A DNA stretch of 64,000 bases from Scyliorhinus canicula. Lineage: Eukaryota. Every line of letters begins with the position of its first letter. The stretch's first letter is position 1. Both the position numbers and the translations under genes were made by a program. Positions 12,036-24,254 of the stretch are shown here, piece after piece. The notes under the pieces were generated by a model, which was given only the letters and a program-made list of their open reading frames with translations, was not told where the DNA came from and ran no database searches. The stretch is from NCBI RefSeq assembly GCF_902713615.1, contig NC_052152.1, positions 41,701,810 to 41,765,809 of the forward strand, in the 5' to 3' direction.

Positions 12036-12886
12036 GGGCAGAATTCTCCGCTCCCCACGTGACGTGGGAGAATCGTGGGAGGGCCTCCCGACATTTTTTA
12101 CGCCCCCCTGGCGCCCCCCGCGATTCTCCCCCCTCTCGGAATAATCGCTGCTCGACATTTTTCACGGCGAACGGTGAGTCTCCGAGCCCGATGGGCCGAG
12201 CGGCCGGCCCTTCACGCCCGTTTCACCACGGCAGCAACCACACTTGGTCGCTCCATTCGTGAAAGGGGCGCCGGATGCCCGTTTGGGGCATCCAGGGGCC
12301 CGATTGGGACGGGAGCACCGCGACTGTGCTCCGGAGGACACAGGCCCGCGATCGGTGCCCACCGATTGTCAGGCCTGCGTCCAAAACGGATGCACTCTTT
12401 CCCCTCCGCCGCCCGGCAAGATCAAACCGCCACGTCTTGCCGGGCGGCGGTGGAGAAAGACGGCACGCTGATGTCATCCGCGCATGCACGGGTTCCTGCG
12501 CATGCAGGGGCTGGTTTAGCTCACTGGGCTAAATCGCTGGCTTTTAAAGCAGACCAAGCAGGCCAACAGCACGGTTCGATTCCCGTACCAGCCTGCCCGG
12601 AAAGGCGCCGGAATGTGGAGACTAGGGGCTTTTCACAGTAACTTCATTTGAAGCCAACTCCTGACAATAAGCGATTTTCATTTCATGCGCGGAAGACATC
12701 CGCGAAGCGCCGTTCGGGCGTCATTTCCGGCGGCCGAGGTCGCGGCCGGGAATGACGGGGGCCCGCTCCTAGACCCCCGGGTGGGGGTGAATTTGGTGCG
12801 GGGAGTGGGCCCCGAGGCCGTCGTGAACCTCGGGCGATGTTCACAACGGCCTCCGTGATTTTTGGAGCCGGCGGAGAATACCGCCC
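12036..12886. mobile_element. PIF/Harbinger-like MITE carrying a SINE insertion
   Basis: TIRs GGGCAGAATTCTCC / GGAGAATACCGCCC; TSD AGG; same family as 62073-62735 in reverse orientation. Confidence 0.8.
12507..12685 (+). mobile_element. Short tRNA-derived SINE
   Basis: GGGGCTGGTTTAGCTC head, GTTCGATTCCC B-box, tail ending (TTTCA)n; copies at 30716, 53340 and 63377. Confidence 0.85.
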
Positions 12887-13125
12887 AGGGAACCACGGAG
12901 TGCAATTAAACCAACGTAAAAAGCTTGGGCCAATGGAATGTTGTTTTGATTAAGGGGATCCCTGTGAAGTAAATCAGATTTCAGATTGGTAAGATGATGT
13001 CATTGCTGGGCGGAGCTACAGCATCAAATATTTTGCAGAAAGCAGTTCAGTTGTGAACGGAATGAAGCTGTGGCCAGACGTGAAATAATTTACTCTCACT
13101 GCAGTTCAGTGAAAAGAGACTGATA

Positions 13126-15417
13126 GGGCATGAATCTCCAGCTGCATTGGGCACTCACTTGAGCGCAACGCGACCAGAGATTGCCGGGAGAGACTTCCAG
13201 CGAATCTTCCGACAGCCTCCTCGTGTCATTCTCCGGCCCACCCCAGTGAGGCAGCAGCTGGTTGCGCACGGGGGGTCTCACGGGCCATCAGACACACCCT
13301 GGCTGGTCAGGGTAAGTGCAGGGTGGCTCCCTGGTCCTCTCCCTGTAGCGTGGGTACTTTGGTACTGCCCAGCTGGCACCTTGGCACTGCCACCCTGACA
13401 CTGCCAAGATGCCCAGATAGCATTGCCAAGCCGGCAGGAGTAGTGCCTGGCTGCCAGGGTGGAAGTGCAAGGATGCCAGGGTGGCACTGCCAAGGGCCGG
13501 TATCGAGGAGGGTCATGCCCATAAAATGAGGGTGAAGGGGGTTTGAAGGGTGGGAGACTGCAGGGCAGCAGGTTGGGGCCTCTGGGAGGTTGAGGGTGAT
13601 AAGTTGGCATCCTGGAAGTGAGGAGGTGCTGTAAGGGGGCTTGGGGGGGGTGGGGGGATCTGAAATGGGGGGACCTCCAGGGACCCCACAGTGATGTGTC
13701 CTCACTTGAGGGTGTGTGAGGATAGTGCCCATGTGTGAGGGGGGTGACATTTCCCATGAGTGTGGGGTGTGGGGGGGCCCACAAGCTCACTTTCAAAATG
13801 GCAGCCCAACCTCTGAGTTCAACTCCCCAGTGCTGGAAAATGTGGGCTATACCATTGAGAAATCAACCAGGGCCCAAAAAAGTGACTAGGGCGTGATCTC
13901 CCGGCCTCGTTACACTTGCGCTTGTTACACTCGAAACGAGGCCAGTGAATAGCAGGAGAGGCCAACAACTTGAACCATGCCAGGCGGCAAACAGTTTGCG
14001 ATGCATCCAGCCCGCTCCCGTAGGTGAATTCGGAATCTCGCCGTAGCGTGGCGAGAAACCAATTATCACCACTTAAGCCGTATTTGCATACAATTAATGA
14101 GAGCAACCCCAAATCCAGCGGCCTCCTGTCATTCAGCGGCCTCCCCAACAAGTGGCCATGCTGGCCCTGATTAGTACTCCTGTTTAAAATTGTGAACTTG
14201 ACAGAAGGGCTTCTGTGGGAAGGTGTGGAAGTTAGTAGCCATCTTTTCTCACAGGCAAAGAGCCCAGGGTTGCTGGGCTTGCTGCCTTCGTGCTCGCCGG
14301 GGAATGGGGGACCCTCCCCAGGGGTGGGCAGCATGGAAGGGTGGGGGGGGAGGCGCTGAGGGGGGCAATGGCTTGCAGCACCACCATGCGAACCCCTGGA
14401 TCCCAACCCCATTCTGGGGGAAACCCCTGTCCCTGCTCATCTGTCCCACTGATCACACATAACCCCCACCAACCGCTGAGGCCTCTGGCAATCGCTAATA
14501 GGGAACTGGCAATCATGGGTAAGTGAGCACTTGACACATGCCAAGTGGATTCCCGTGGGTGGGTGGGCCATGTAGCGAGTGGAAGTCATTGCCTAGCATT
14601 CCGATTACATCATGATGCCTGGGCACTATGCTTGAACATGATGGGAGGCAACACCACACACGCAGCAGCCAACATCCAAAGACCCAGGGGATGGGACACA
14701 GCTCTGGGGAAATGTCCACGGCTGGAGGCTGGGTGAGTGCGATGGGGGGGGGGGGGGGGGGGGTTTGCCTGGAGAGATAGGCAAAGGGTCCGTTCAGGGG
14801 TCAGCCCACATTGTGGAAGAAAGTGACAGAGGCATCATAATGGTTGTGCAGAACGTTGTTGAATGTGCTTCATTCCCAATAGTGCTGCCCCCTAACCCCA
14901 ATCACACTCCCTCCCCATCCCCTACCTAACCCCCCCACCCCCTACACCGGTGCCCTCAGTAGACCAATTAACATTGAAGAGCATGAGGGAAGCATTGTGG
15001 CACAGTGGTTATCACTGCTGCCTCACGGCGCCAAGGTCCCAGGTTCAATCCGGGCTCAAGGTTACTGTTCATGTGGAGTTTGCACATCCTCCCCTTGTTT
15101 GCGTGGGTTTCGCCCCCACAACCGAAAGATGTGCAGGGTAGGTGGATTGGCCACGCTAAATTGCCCCTTAATTGGAAGAAATTAATTGGGTGCACTAAAA
15201 TTTAAAAAAAACATTGAATAGCGTTGCTGCCTCGCTGGCCAAGAGCCGGGAAACTCGCGACAATTCCCACTTGCTAGCACACTTGGAAATGTTTCCAGAG
15301 AATTGCACCCTAAGTGTCATTGAATAGCTGTGAAGAATATGCCGGCTCGGCCGGCGGGAAACTCCCTGAAAAACCCGCCACAAATGAACTTAGAAATATT
15401 TTGGGAGACTCACGCCC
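13126..15417. mobile_element. Larger Harbinger-like TIR element with a nested second TIR element (13889-15309)
   Basis: Outer ends GGGCATGAATCTCC / GGAGACTCACGCCC; inner ends GGGCGTGATCTCCC / AGAGAATTGCACC(C); host motif AAAAGTGACTAAGT is split at the inner insertion and intact in the 17467 copy. Confidence 0.65.
14988..15213 (+). mobile_element. HE1-like SINE
   Basis: GGCACAGTGGTTATCACTGCTGCCTCACGGCGCC head, HE1 body, A-rich tail. Confidence 0.8.
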
Positions 15418-16089
15418 ATTTTGAACAAACTTTATTAACAACTCACTATTAAAATATCTTTAGCATTGCACCAGAAAATAGCTTACAATTACCTCATAAA
15501 CATTCAATACACTTAATACGTTCTTAACTGCTATCTTCATTCCCATTCAAACAAGAGAAGCCATTTCAGCTCTCAATCTACTGTTAAAAGACCATTCGCA
15601 CATAAGAATACCTGCTTTACAGAGATGTTCTTTGAGAAAGAGAGATATTTCGGCCTTGTTTTAAACAAAAGACCCTGGACTGGATTCTCCACTGTCAGAT
15701 TCTCCGTTGCACCGGCAGCACACCCACGCCAGGGGATTTTCAGATGGCATGGGGCTGCCCATAATTGGGAATCCCATTGGTCGGCTGGCGGGATGGAGAA
15801 TCCCGCTGCCGGCGATGGCGCACCCTGCCATCTCGCTTTTTCGCCTGCTCGATTATGCATTTGTTTAAGCCTTTGAAGAGCAAAAGGCAATGAGGCCAGT
15901 TTTCAGGGGGTGACTTGAGCTGCAGGCCCATTAGCCACAATTAACAAGCACATACCCTCTACAAACTGTTTGTTGCAATCTCTCCTGTGGCCATTTATTA
16001 CAAAGAAGAAAAGTACTGCAAGTTATGGGCCTAAGGGAAAACAAACGGCAGGGTAAAGAAAATGTGGGAGGAGAGTCGGCACAAGAGCC

Positions 16090-16446
16090 AGTGTTATCTA
16101 GAATTATAGAATTTACAGTGCAGAAGGAGGCCATTCAGCCCATCGAGTCTGCATCGGCCCTTGGAAAGAGCACCCTACCTAAGCCCACACCTCCATCCTG
16201 CCCCCATAATCCAGTAACCCCTCCCAATCTTTCATTTGGATACTAAGGACAATTAGTCCAATTAGGTGGGCTAATCCACCTAACCTGCACATCTTTGGAC
16301 TGTGGGAGGAAACCGGAGCACCCGGAGGAAACCCACACAGACACGTGGAGAAAGTGCAAACTCCGCACAGTGACCCAAGCCGGGAATCGATCCTGGGGCC
16401 CTGAAAGTGTGAAGCAACTGTGCTAAGCACTGTGGCACCGTGCCCC
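16090..16446 (-). mobile_element. HE1-like SINE with CR1-like 3' tail
   Basis: HE1 body plus ..GCAGACTCGATGGGCTGAATGGCCTCCTTCTGCACTGTA..TTCTA tail. Confidence 0.8.
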
Positions 16447-16637
16447 ATGTCAATTAAAGGAAGGGAAAATTTTAGGGTATAACATATAGGGCAGGAAGAT
16501 TTTAGAGATAGGCAGTGTAAGGCCATGGAGATTTAAACATGATGTTGAGAACTTTAACTTGAAGGGACTTGGGGTTGGTCTACATGGGAACCAATGTAAT
16601 TCAATAAGGATAGGAGTGACCTTGGAATGTAATAGCA

Positions 16638-17200
16638 CAGGGTTTCCCAAACATTTCCAGCCAGCGAACCCCTAGTGACCTACCAAGAACATTGGAAAAC
16701 CCCAGCATTCTTATTATGTTACCTATTTTTGTCATGAAATCAGTGCAAGCACAGAAATCAAATGCAAACAAGTCTTTCCAAGCTATATCCATGCATATAT
16801 TAGGAATTAAGAAGAAGCACACAGTCACAAAAACATTCACCAGCTACATGACCCCCTCACATGAATACTGCCCAAGCGACCCTCCCATGGCTCTTTAACA
16901 TTAACCGCTGGAAGTAGTACCCACTTCAGGAGTGGGTAATCTGGTAATAATTATAAAGTTTCCTTATTCACAAAAAAGTACTCAGTCTAACCTTTTGTCA
17001 TTTTTAAGGGAGTAATGATACCAGAAAGAGGGCTCTGCATATTGGACACACACGCCACCCTCTCCCCCTCTCTCGTGCACACATACGCTCACCCTCACCC
17101 TCTCTCGTGCACACACACATGCCCCCCCTAGGCTCACCCTGACAGCCACACCTGCTGTGTTTTCTGTTTTACTTCCAGCATGAGTTCCTGTATTTTCTGT
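16638..17200. mobile_element. hAT-like non-autonomous element fragment
   Basis: Starts CAGGGTTTCCCAAAC (Charlie-type terminus); internal block GGAAGTAGTACCCACTT..GGTAATAATT shared with about 52375-52440. Confidence 0.5.
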
Positions 17201-17466
17201 CCCCCCCAATGTTGTATATTTCAGAATTCCCCCACCCCTACTTTTCCACTATTCACTTGCGGATAATGATTCATGTTGTGGTAAAATAAGGGGTCATTGG
17301 GAGAATTCAAATTAATACCATTTCAGGCACCTGCTTCAACTTTAGCAATCCCCCCTCCTCTTACAGCTGAGAAGTAATATTTTAGATAACAGTTGCCTGA
17401 TTATTTTCTGTGAGTGGTTTGTTTCATCTGGTGCGCACTTCCATTGAACATTTCACTAGGAACTAT

Positions 17467-18538
17467 GGGTGCGGTTTTCCTCCAGAATTTTGTAGTTAAT
17501 TTGTGGCAGGTTTTCCAGGGAGTTTCCCGCCAGCTTTGCCGGCGCGTTCCCCACCGCTATTCAATGAGACTTAGTCACTTTTTCTAAGTATGGGGAGTTT
17601 CTCACCAGTTTAGCCCACACTTATAATTTTTATTTAACATTGGGGAACTGGACTCCGAGATCATGCCGCCATTTTGAAAGGGTTCCTCCGATCTCTAAGT
17701 GAGCTTGTGGGCCCCCACAGCACCCACCACCCAGTCATGGGCAATGTCGCGCCCCCCACATACAAGGATACTACTGACACCTCTCAAGTGAGGACAACCC
17801 ACTATGGGGCCGCCCTCTTCAGGCCTCCCCCCCCCCCCCCCCCCAAGCCCCCTTATAGCACTTCCTCCCCTTCCAGGACCCCCACCATCACCCCTTCAAC
17901 TTCCCAAAGCCCCCACTTCCCTGCCCTGCACTCCCCCACCCTTCAACCCCCCCTCCACACTCATTATCTGGGCATGGCCCCCTTCGCTCCCTAACCCTTG
18001 GCAGTACCCTGGCACTCAGGCACCCAGGCAGCGCTCCTGCTGGCTTGGCAGCGCCATCTGGGCAAATTGGCAGTGCCAGGGTGGCAGTGCCAGGGTGGCA
18101 GTGCCAGGGTGGCAGTGCCAGGGTGGCAGTGCCAAGATGCCCACATTCCAAGGGGAGGGCCAGGGAGCCAGCCTACACTGACCCTGACCACCCAGGAGTC
18201 TCCAATGACCCGTGAGACCTCCCGGATTATGCCATTCCACCTGCTCCACGTTTGTGTGGACCAGCACTGATTGGCGTCTGACTGCAGCCGCCCTGGGGAG
18301 GCCGGAGAATCGAGGGAGGCTGGTGGATCCCAGACAGCTAGGTCGGAAGTAGGTTTGCGACCTACTTCTGACAGCAGCGTTTGGTCATGTCCATTTGGGG
18401 CGGACCTCCGACTCGGAGGACTTTGGTGAATCCCCAGAGGCGCGGAGGCTGTTGAGAGGTTCGATGTAGGACTCCCCCAGCATTCTCCGGCTGTGTTGTG
18501 CTCTCACTTCAGCACAATGCGCCTGGAGAATCGCGCAC
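17467..18538. mobile_element. Harbinger-like TIR element, inverted relative to the 13126 copy
   Basis: Ends GGGTGCGGTTTTCC / GGAGAATCGCGCAC; TSD TAT; contains 14-bp tandem GGCAGTGCCAGGGT x4.7 at 18069-18134. Confidence 0.7.
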
Positions 18539-18829
18539 TATGGAATTGATTATGTTCACATCAGATTTGAGCATTTCCTGATGAGAGCATTTTTACTTGT
18601 ATGCTTTGATTCTCGATATTCAGGAAAGAATATCTGTGATTTGTGGGTTTGTGCTCAATTATTAATATGATATGGCATGATGTCATTTTACTGTCATCCA
18701 TCTCTGTATGTTGGTGAACGGAACAATTCATTTCATCGCAAGACTGATTTTATTTAATCTTAAAGGTTGTGCCATGTTCATGTTTTAAGATTGCAGAAAT
18801 GTATTCATCTTTCTGGGTTTTAGATTAGA

Positions 18830-18970
18830 TTAGAGATTAGAGAAATACAGCACAGAACAGGCCCTTCGGCCCACGATGTTGCGCCGAACTTTTGTCCTAG
18901 GTTAATCATAGAATTTTGGACAATTTTTCATGGCCAATCCACCCAACCTGCACATCTTTGGACTGCAGAC
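18830..18970 (-). mobile_element. CR1 3' stub plus SINE fragment
   Basis: (TAGAT)n tail with ACAGCACAGAACAGGCCCTTCGGCCC end motif, then AATCCACCCAACCTGCACATCTTTGGACTG. Confidence 0.65.
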
Positions 18971-19554
18971 AGATCGTACTTTTAAATCAATGACTATGTA
19001 GGGGTAAAATTGAATGTTGTGAAATAAGTTACATAAGATTTATGGTCCAAAGGAAGTTATGCTTTTTAATAGTAGTCAAACATCCCAAGGTGACTCATAG
19101 GCACATTATAAAGCAAAAAGTTGATTCTGAGCAATAACTGAGATGCAATATATTAAGACAGCAGATTGCAAGCTTGGTCAAAAATGTCTCTTTACCCATT
19201 TAATTAAATAGCCTAATACTTTTGTTAAAGTAGAGATTCAGGAATTTAATAATATTGGCATGTTAATATCTAAGTATTCCACATTGCAAGTTATCCTTAT
19301 ATTCTAAATTTCCCGGTTCAAGTATAACATTTACCAAGAGTTTACAAAATCAAGGAAAGTATTGACTATCTCCCTCTGATAGACATATATACAATTACAT
19401 AACACAGTTTTAAATACAGATCAAGTACCCTATATCTAAAACCCTCGTGGCCAATTGAATTTTGGATTTCAGATTATTTGGCTTTTCGGATATCAACTTG
19501 CATTTAAATACCCTAAGATATCTATTGTCTAAAGTAAATAAAATGGCCAGGAAA

Positions 19555-20145
19555 GAACAAAGAACAAAGAAAATTACAGCACAGCAACAGGCCCTTCGGT
19601 CCTCCCAGCCTGCGCCGATCCAGATCCTTTATCTAAACCTGTCGCCTATTTTCCAAGGATCTACTTCCCTCTGTTCCCCATCCATTCATATATCTGTCTA
19701 GATCCATCTTAAATGATGCTATCGTGCCCGCCTCTACCACCTCCGCTGGCAAAGCGTTCCAGACACCCACCACCCTCTGAGTAAAAAACTTTCCACGCAC
19801 ATCTCCCTTAAACTTTCCCCCTCTCACCATGAAATCATGACCCCTTGTAATTGACAGCCCCACTCTTGGAAAAAGCTTGTTGCTATCCACCCTGTCCACA
19901 CCTCTCATAATTTTGTAGACCTCAATCAGGTCCCCCCTCAACCTCCGTCTTTCCAACAAAAACAATCCTTCTTCATAGCTAGCACCCTCTATACCAGGCA
20001 ACATCCTGGTGAACCTCCTCTGCACCCACTCTAAAGCATCCACATCCTTCTGGCAATGTGGCGACCAGAACTGCATGCAGTATTCCAAATGTGGCCTAAC
20101 CAAAGTCCTATACAACTGTAACATGACCTGCCGACTCTTGTACTT
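19555..20145 (-). mobile_element. 5'-truncated CR1 LINE
   Basis: ORF LYRTLVRPHLEYCMQFWSP...FFTQRVVGVWNALP; (AAAGAAC)n tail. Confidence 0.9.
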
Positions 20146-20399
20146 AATAAAGTAAGGTGTATCACCGAATAATAAATACAGGGACCAATAATAAGTTTGT
20201 TCTTGACATATTCATCACAAAAATAGCAAGGTAAACAGTGCAGGCAAACAAACTAGGCTTGCTCTGCTGTCGATGAAGTTCAAATAAAGTTGGGTTGTTG
20301 GCTGTGTTTGGTTTTTGATTTAAAGATAAATGATACTCTGCCTCTACCATACTAATGAGGTAGAAAAGAAAATAGTATGTTCAACAGACCCTTGTTGAG

Positions 20400-22050
20400 T
20401 GAAATTCCTGCTTTATAGTTTAATTCAGTACTTTAGAGCATTATCTTCTCTTTCGTCATGTACCACCAATTTGTTTATAAACTCTGCTTAGAAACATCAT
20501 GTTGTTGATATTGAGTTCCTCGACTATGCAATATATAATCTCAAAATGTTGCCGTCCCTCTTCTATTCCATGTATTGATTGCCCAATGAATGAAGAAGAT
20601 TCTGATATCAGTCCTAAATTTGCCTTTTCCTTATTGGATCACCCTAGTTTTACACTCAATTTAGTTGGAAGTAAATTTCCAGATTTACCTCTTATACCAG
20701 TTAGTGTTGTATACCTTAAAATCACCTCTCGGCCAAATTCTTTCCAAGCAATGTTTCTGACCTCAAGGAGATGAGTATCAGGGGTCTTGGAATCAGGGTC
20801 ATGGCTCTTCGCAGCATCACCTCCAGTACAGAACTGATCACTCTATTCAAAAGAGCGGCTCCTTATATACAACCAGAGCACTATACCTTCAGATGGCTTG
20901 CGATTTCTACTTTTTTTTATAAATGTTTTTATTCAGTTTTCATATTTTATATTGAACAAATTACAAATTGTTAGGAGAGAGAAAAAAAAACAAACACGCA
21001 AAAATTAACATACATATTTACAGGTAAGCATCTTCGTAGTAGTAACTGCGCCCCCCCCCCCTCAACATGTTTATTTAGTTTGGTTTTGGGCCTTAGCTAG
21101 CCATCGAACCCCCGTAACGAACCTGTAGCCCCCCCCCCCCCCCCCCTCCCGCTACCTTCCCCCGACTATTCTTCCTCTTGTACATTGGCCACAAATAGGT
21201 CCCGGAACAGTTGCATGAATGGCTCCCACGTTCTGTGGAAGCCGTCGTCCGACCCTCGGATGGCAAATTTGATTTTCTCCATTTGGAGAGATTCCGAGAG
21301 GTCGGACAGCCAGTCCGCAGCTCTGGGCGGTGCTGCTGACCGCCAGCCAAACAGGATTCTACGGCGGGCGATCAGGGAGGCAAAGGCAAGGGCGTCCGCC
21401 CTCCTCCCCAGGAATAGATCTGGCTGTTCTGAAACCCCGAAGACCGCCACTATCGGGCATGGCTCCACCCTCACTCCCACCACTTTGGACATAACCTCGA
21501 AGAAGGCTGTCCAGTACTCCACGAGTCTGGGGCAAGACCAGAACATGTGGGCGTGGTTGGCCGGGCCTCTTTGGTACCGTTCACATCTGTCTTCCACCTC
21601 CGGGAAGAACCTACTCATACGGGTTCTTGTTAAGTGGGCTCTATGTTTGCGATTTCTACTTGATGGTTTTGGTCATCTAGCCTAGCATTTACCAATTTCA
21701 TTGAACACTCTTCTGCTGTGACGATATATACATCATCCTTGAGACACCATCCGTAGGTATTTCTACATCGTTAATGGAGTGTATACCTCATTCAAAATGT
21801 TTCTTTTAAGTATTATATAGCTGTTGTAAGATTTTAGGGTTGAGGTATAAAACCCTTTGAATTAAAATATCTAAGTTCCGAATTCATAATTTCTACCACT
21901 AGGATCCTAACTTGTGCCTGCTCTAATAAGTTATGAATAATTATTCATGAGCCACCGTTTAACAAATTCTTCAAAGCTGATAAAGATTTTTAATTGCCAA
22001 CAATACAATTAAAACGTACAACTGCTTGAACACAGGCAACCTAGACTGAA
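20400..22050 (-). mobile_element. Ancient, heavily decayed CR1 LINE (split by an L1 insertion)
   Basis: Minus-strand frame with many stops reads ..MLG*MTKTIK*KSQ..YSALV..GKFRTDIRIFFIHWAINTWN, matching CR1 RT C-terminal motifs. Confidence 0.6.
20912..21646 (-). mobile_element. 5'-truncated L1/Tx1-like LINE with 14-bp TSD
   Basis: ORF2 C-terminus C.RY..GPANHAHMFWSCP..W..FF; A-rich 3' end; TSD TTGCGATTTCTACT at 20898-20911 and 21647-21660. Confidence 0.85.
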
Positions 22051-22369
22051 AATCCATTGCGTAGTTTTTCACAAGCAACAACTGCCATCTCTAAAATGCC
22101 CCAATTACTGTGAATAATTGAAAAAGTGGTTAAAAATAAATCCAGTGATGTTACTTCAGATCATCAAACCCTGAAAATTAGTCATATTAGCAAAATCTTA
22201 CAATATCCTCAGAAAACCCAGTCACTTCCAGCATTTTCTATTTTTTATTACAGATTTACAGGTGCAATTTTTTAAAAACTTAATTTTCCTATTTTTTGTT
22301 TTAAATTTACCAATGTATTTTCTGTGAATTCTATGAAGTTTATTAATGTGTACTATGTTCACATTTCAG

Positions 22370-22476
22370 TCCCAAGAAAGGAGGAGGAAACACAAAAACG
22401 GCAACATAATGGGGCAATTGCTGCTGCGTTTGCATTGATCTCGGCGATTGTCCTATTACTTGTGGTAATCATTTGA
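22370..22476 (+). CDS. HHLA2: Putative HHLA2-like terminal membrane-anchor exon (V)PRKEEETQKRQHNGAIAAAFALISAIVLLLVVII*
   Basis: gttcacatttcag acceptor in phase 1 continuing the IgV2 frame; 21-aa hydrophobic stretch; in-frame TGA 22474-22476; AATAAA at 22494-22499. An internal donor TG|GTAATC at 22464/22465 cannot be excluded. Confidence 0.65.
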
Positions 22477-22534
22477 CTGATTTGTATCACTGTAATAAAG
22501 ACAGATTTTAAAAAAAACAAACCATAGCAATAGC

Positions 22535-22678
22535 AGAATTGTGATTAAAGCCATAATGCCAGGATCAATTCCTGAACTGGCCTCCCTGAACGGGTGCCGG
22601 AATGTGGCGACTTGGGGTTTTTCACAGTAACTTCGTTGAAGCCTACTTGTGACAATAAGCAATTATTATTATTATATT
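22535..22678 (+). mobile_element. Partial SINE (TTTTCACAGTAACTTC tail family)
   Basis: GGGTGCCGGAATGTGGCGACTTGGGGTTTTTCACAGTAAC..(ATT)n tail. Confidence 0.7.
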
Positions 22679-23264
22679 AGCACATTTAACCATGCTAAAC
22701 ATTTTGTTAAGTCTTGCAAGTTTACATAAAAGTCATGGCTCAAACATGCTATGCATATGGATTAAATGTACATTAATTTATTATGGAAAATAGAACTGCT
22801 CCAGTGACGTATTAAGAAGCTGTCAGATGAATTCCCTGCAGCAGCTCTGCTCACATACTCAAATTACACAACACTCTAGCCTGCCTCATCCCTTCTACGT
22901 TTAGCCTCTAAACCCTCTCCTCCCCCAAGTTGCATAAGTTAGATCCAAATACCACCGTGAGAGTTGTAGGAAGTGCGCTGTGATATGCTTTTTTGAAAAA
23001 TTGGTTGAACTCCAACGCTCCTGTTTTTTGGATTAAAGTGAGACCTGTGAGATTACATCGAGCTATGTTGGTCATCTTCATAGGAGTAGTCTATTCTCCC
23101 TGGTCAGGCAATGCCAATACGGAACATGTTCAATCAACAGTAGACAATCGTATTTCACCCAGGTATCTCAATTTTCATAGTGTGAGTTTAATCATTTTAA
23201 CATTGTACAAAGTTACTTTATCACCAACAATACAATCAACCAGAGAGGTTGAAATCCTGAATGC

Positions 23265-23595
23265 ATAGAATCAAAAAATTTACAGTGCAGGAGGCCTTTC
23301 AGCCCATCTAGTCTGCACCGGCCCTTTGAATGAGAACCCTACTTAAGCCCAGAACTCCACCTTATCCCGTAACCCCCTTGACCTTTTTGGATATCAAGGG
23401 CAATTTAGCATGGCCAACCCACCTAACCTGCACATCTTTGGACTGTGGGAGGAAACCGGAGCACCCGGAGGAAACCTACACAGACATGTGGAGAATGTGC
23501 AAACTCCACACAGACAGTGACCCAAGCTGGGAATCGAACCTGGTACCCTGGAGCCGTGACAAAACAATGCTAATCACTGTGCTACTGTGCCGCCT
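23265..23595 (-). mobile_element. HE1-like SINE with CR1-like tail
   Basis: Same layout as 16090-16446. Confidence 0.8.
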
Positions 23596-24254
23596 ATGCA
23601 TGCGGCAACTGTGATATTGCCACTGTTCTTGAGAAGTGAGGAGTACCTACTATCTCCCAGTCAGAACCCTGCACTCGTAACACACCCACTGCAAGACAGT
23701 GGCGTTCGAGCATTTGCAGATGGATCACAACTCATGACTGGTTTGAGAGCGTCTGTAATGCAGATGTTGATCAACAGTGTCAGGAATTCTACAGTACTCC
23801 AATACTGAAAAACATTTTCCAACACAAAAATGGAAATGTCATTTATCTGATGAGCCCTGGGTGGTGGCTAGTATCAAATTGATGATTTCCAAACACACAC
23901 TCCTCATCACCCACCCTGAAAACATTAGTTTATATAGATTGGCAAAAATAAGGTGAACACCTTATTGGTGCAAAATTTTACTCCAAGCAAATCCAGCAAT
24001 AAATAGTGATCCAGTGGGATGGCATAGAGGGATACGTTTGGCAACCCTAATCAACTTCCTATCATCATACCCAGAAATGCTAGCAATAATCATGAATATC
24101 GCCAATCATATCAACGGTCATTTCACATTTATGCCTCATGACATCCCCTATCTCATCAGCAGCTTACATGCCATTCCCAAAATCTTGTCCAATTGTGTAA
24201 CCAAAGCTAGCTTACCATGAACTAAAATCCATAAACATATAACAAGTAGGAGGA

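Noticed and set aside
12978-13020. ATTGG, TGATGTCA and GGGCGGAGC cluster resembling an MHC SXY module
   Set aside because: Order and spacing do not match S-X-Y; intronic short motifs are insufficient evidence.
5396-18270. Many overlapping GC-rich ORFs in all six frames
   Set aside because: They coincide with the TIR elements and show no transposase (DDE) or Myb motifs.
20400-22050. Stop-poor minus-strand frames (LLEVRNIAWKEFGREV..., IGQSIHG...) suggesting an endogenous viral or protease gene
   Set aside because: A third frame gives recognisable CR1 RT C-terminal motifs (KFRTDIR.FF...NTWN), so this is an old LINE read out of frame.
22243-22266. Possible 8-nt microexon ttacag|ATTTACAG|gtgcaa
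   Set aside because: Weak donor, frame-shifting length, and the donor is not retained in the duplicated copy.
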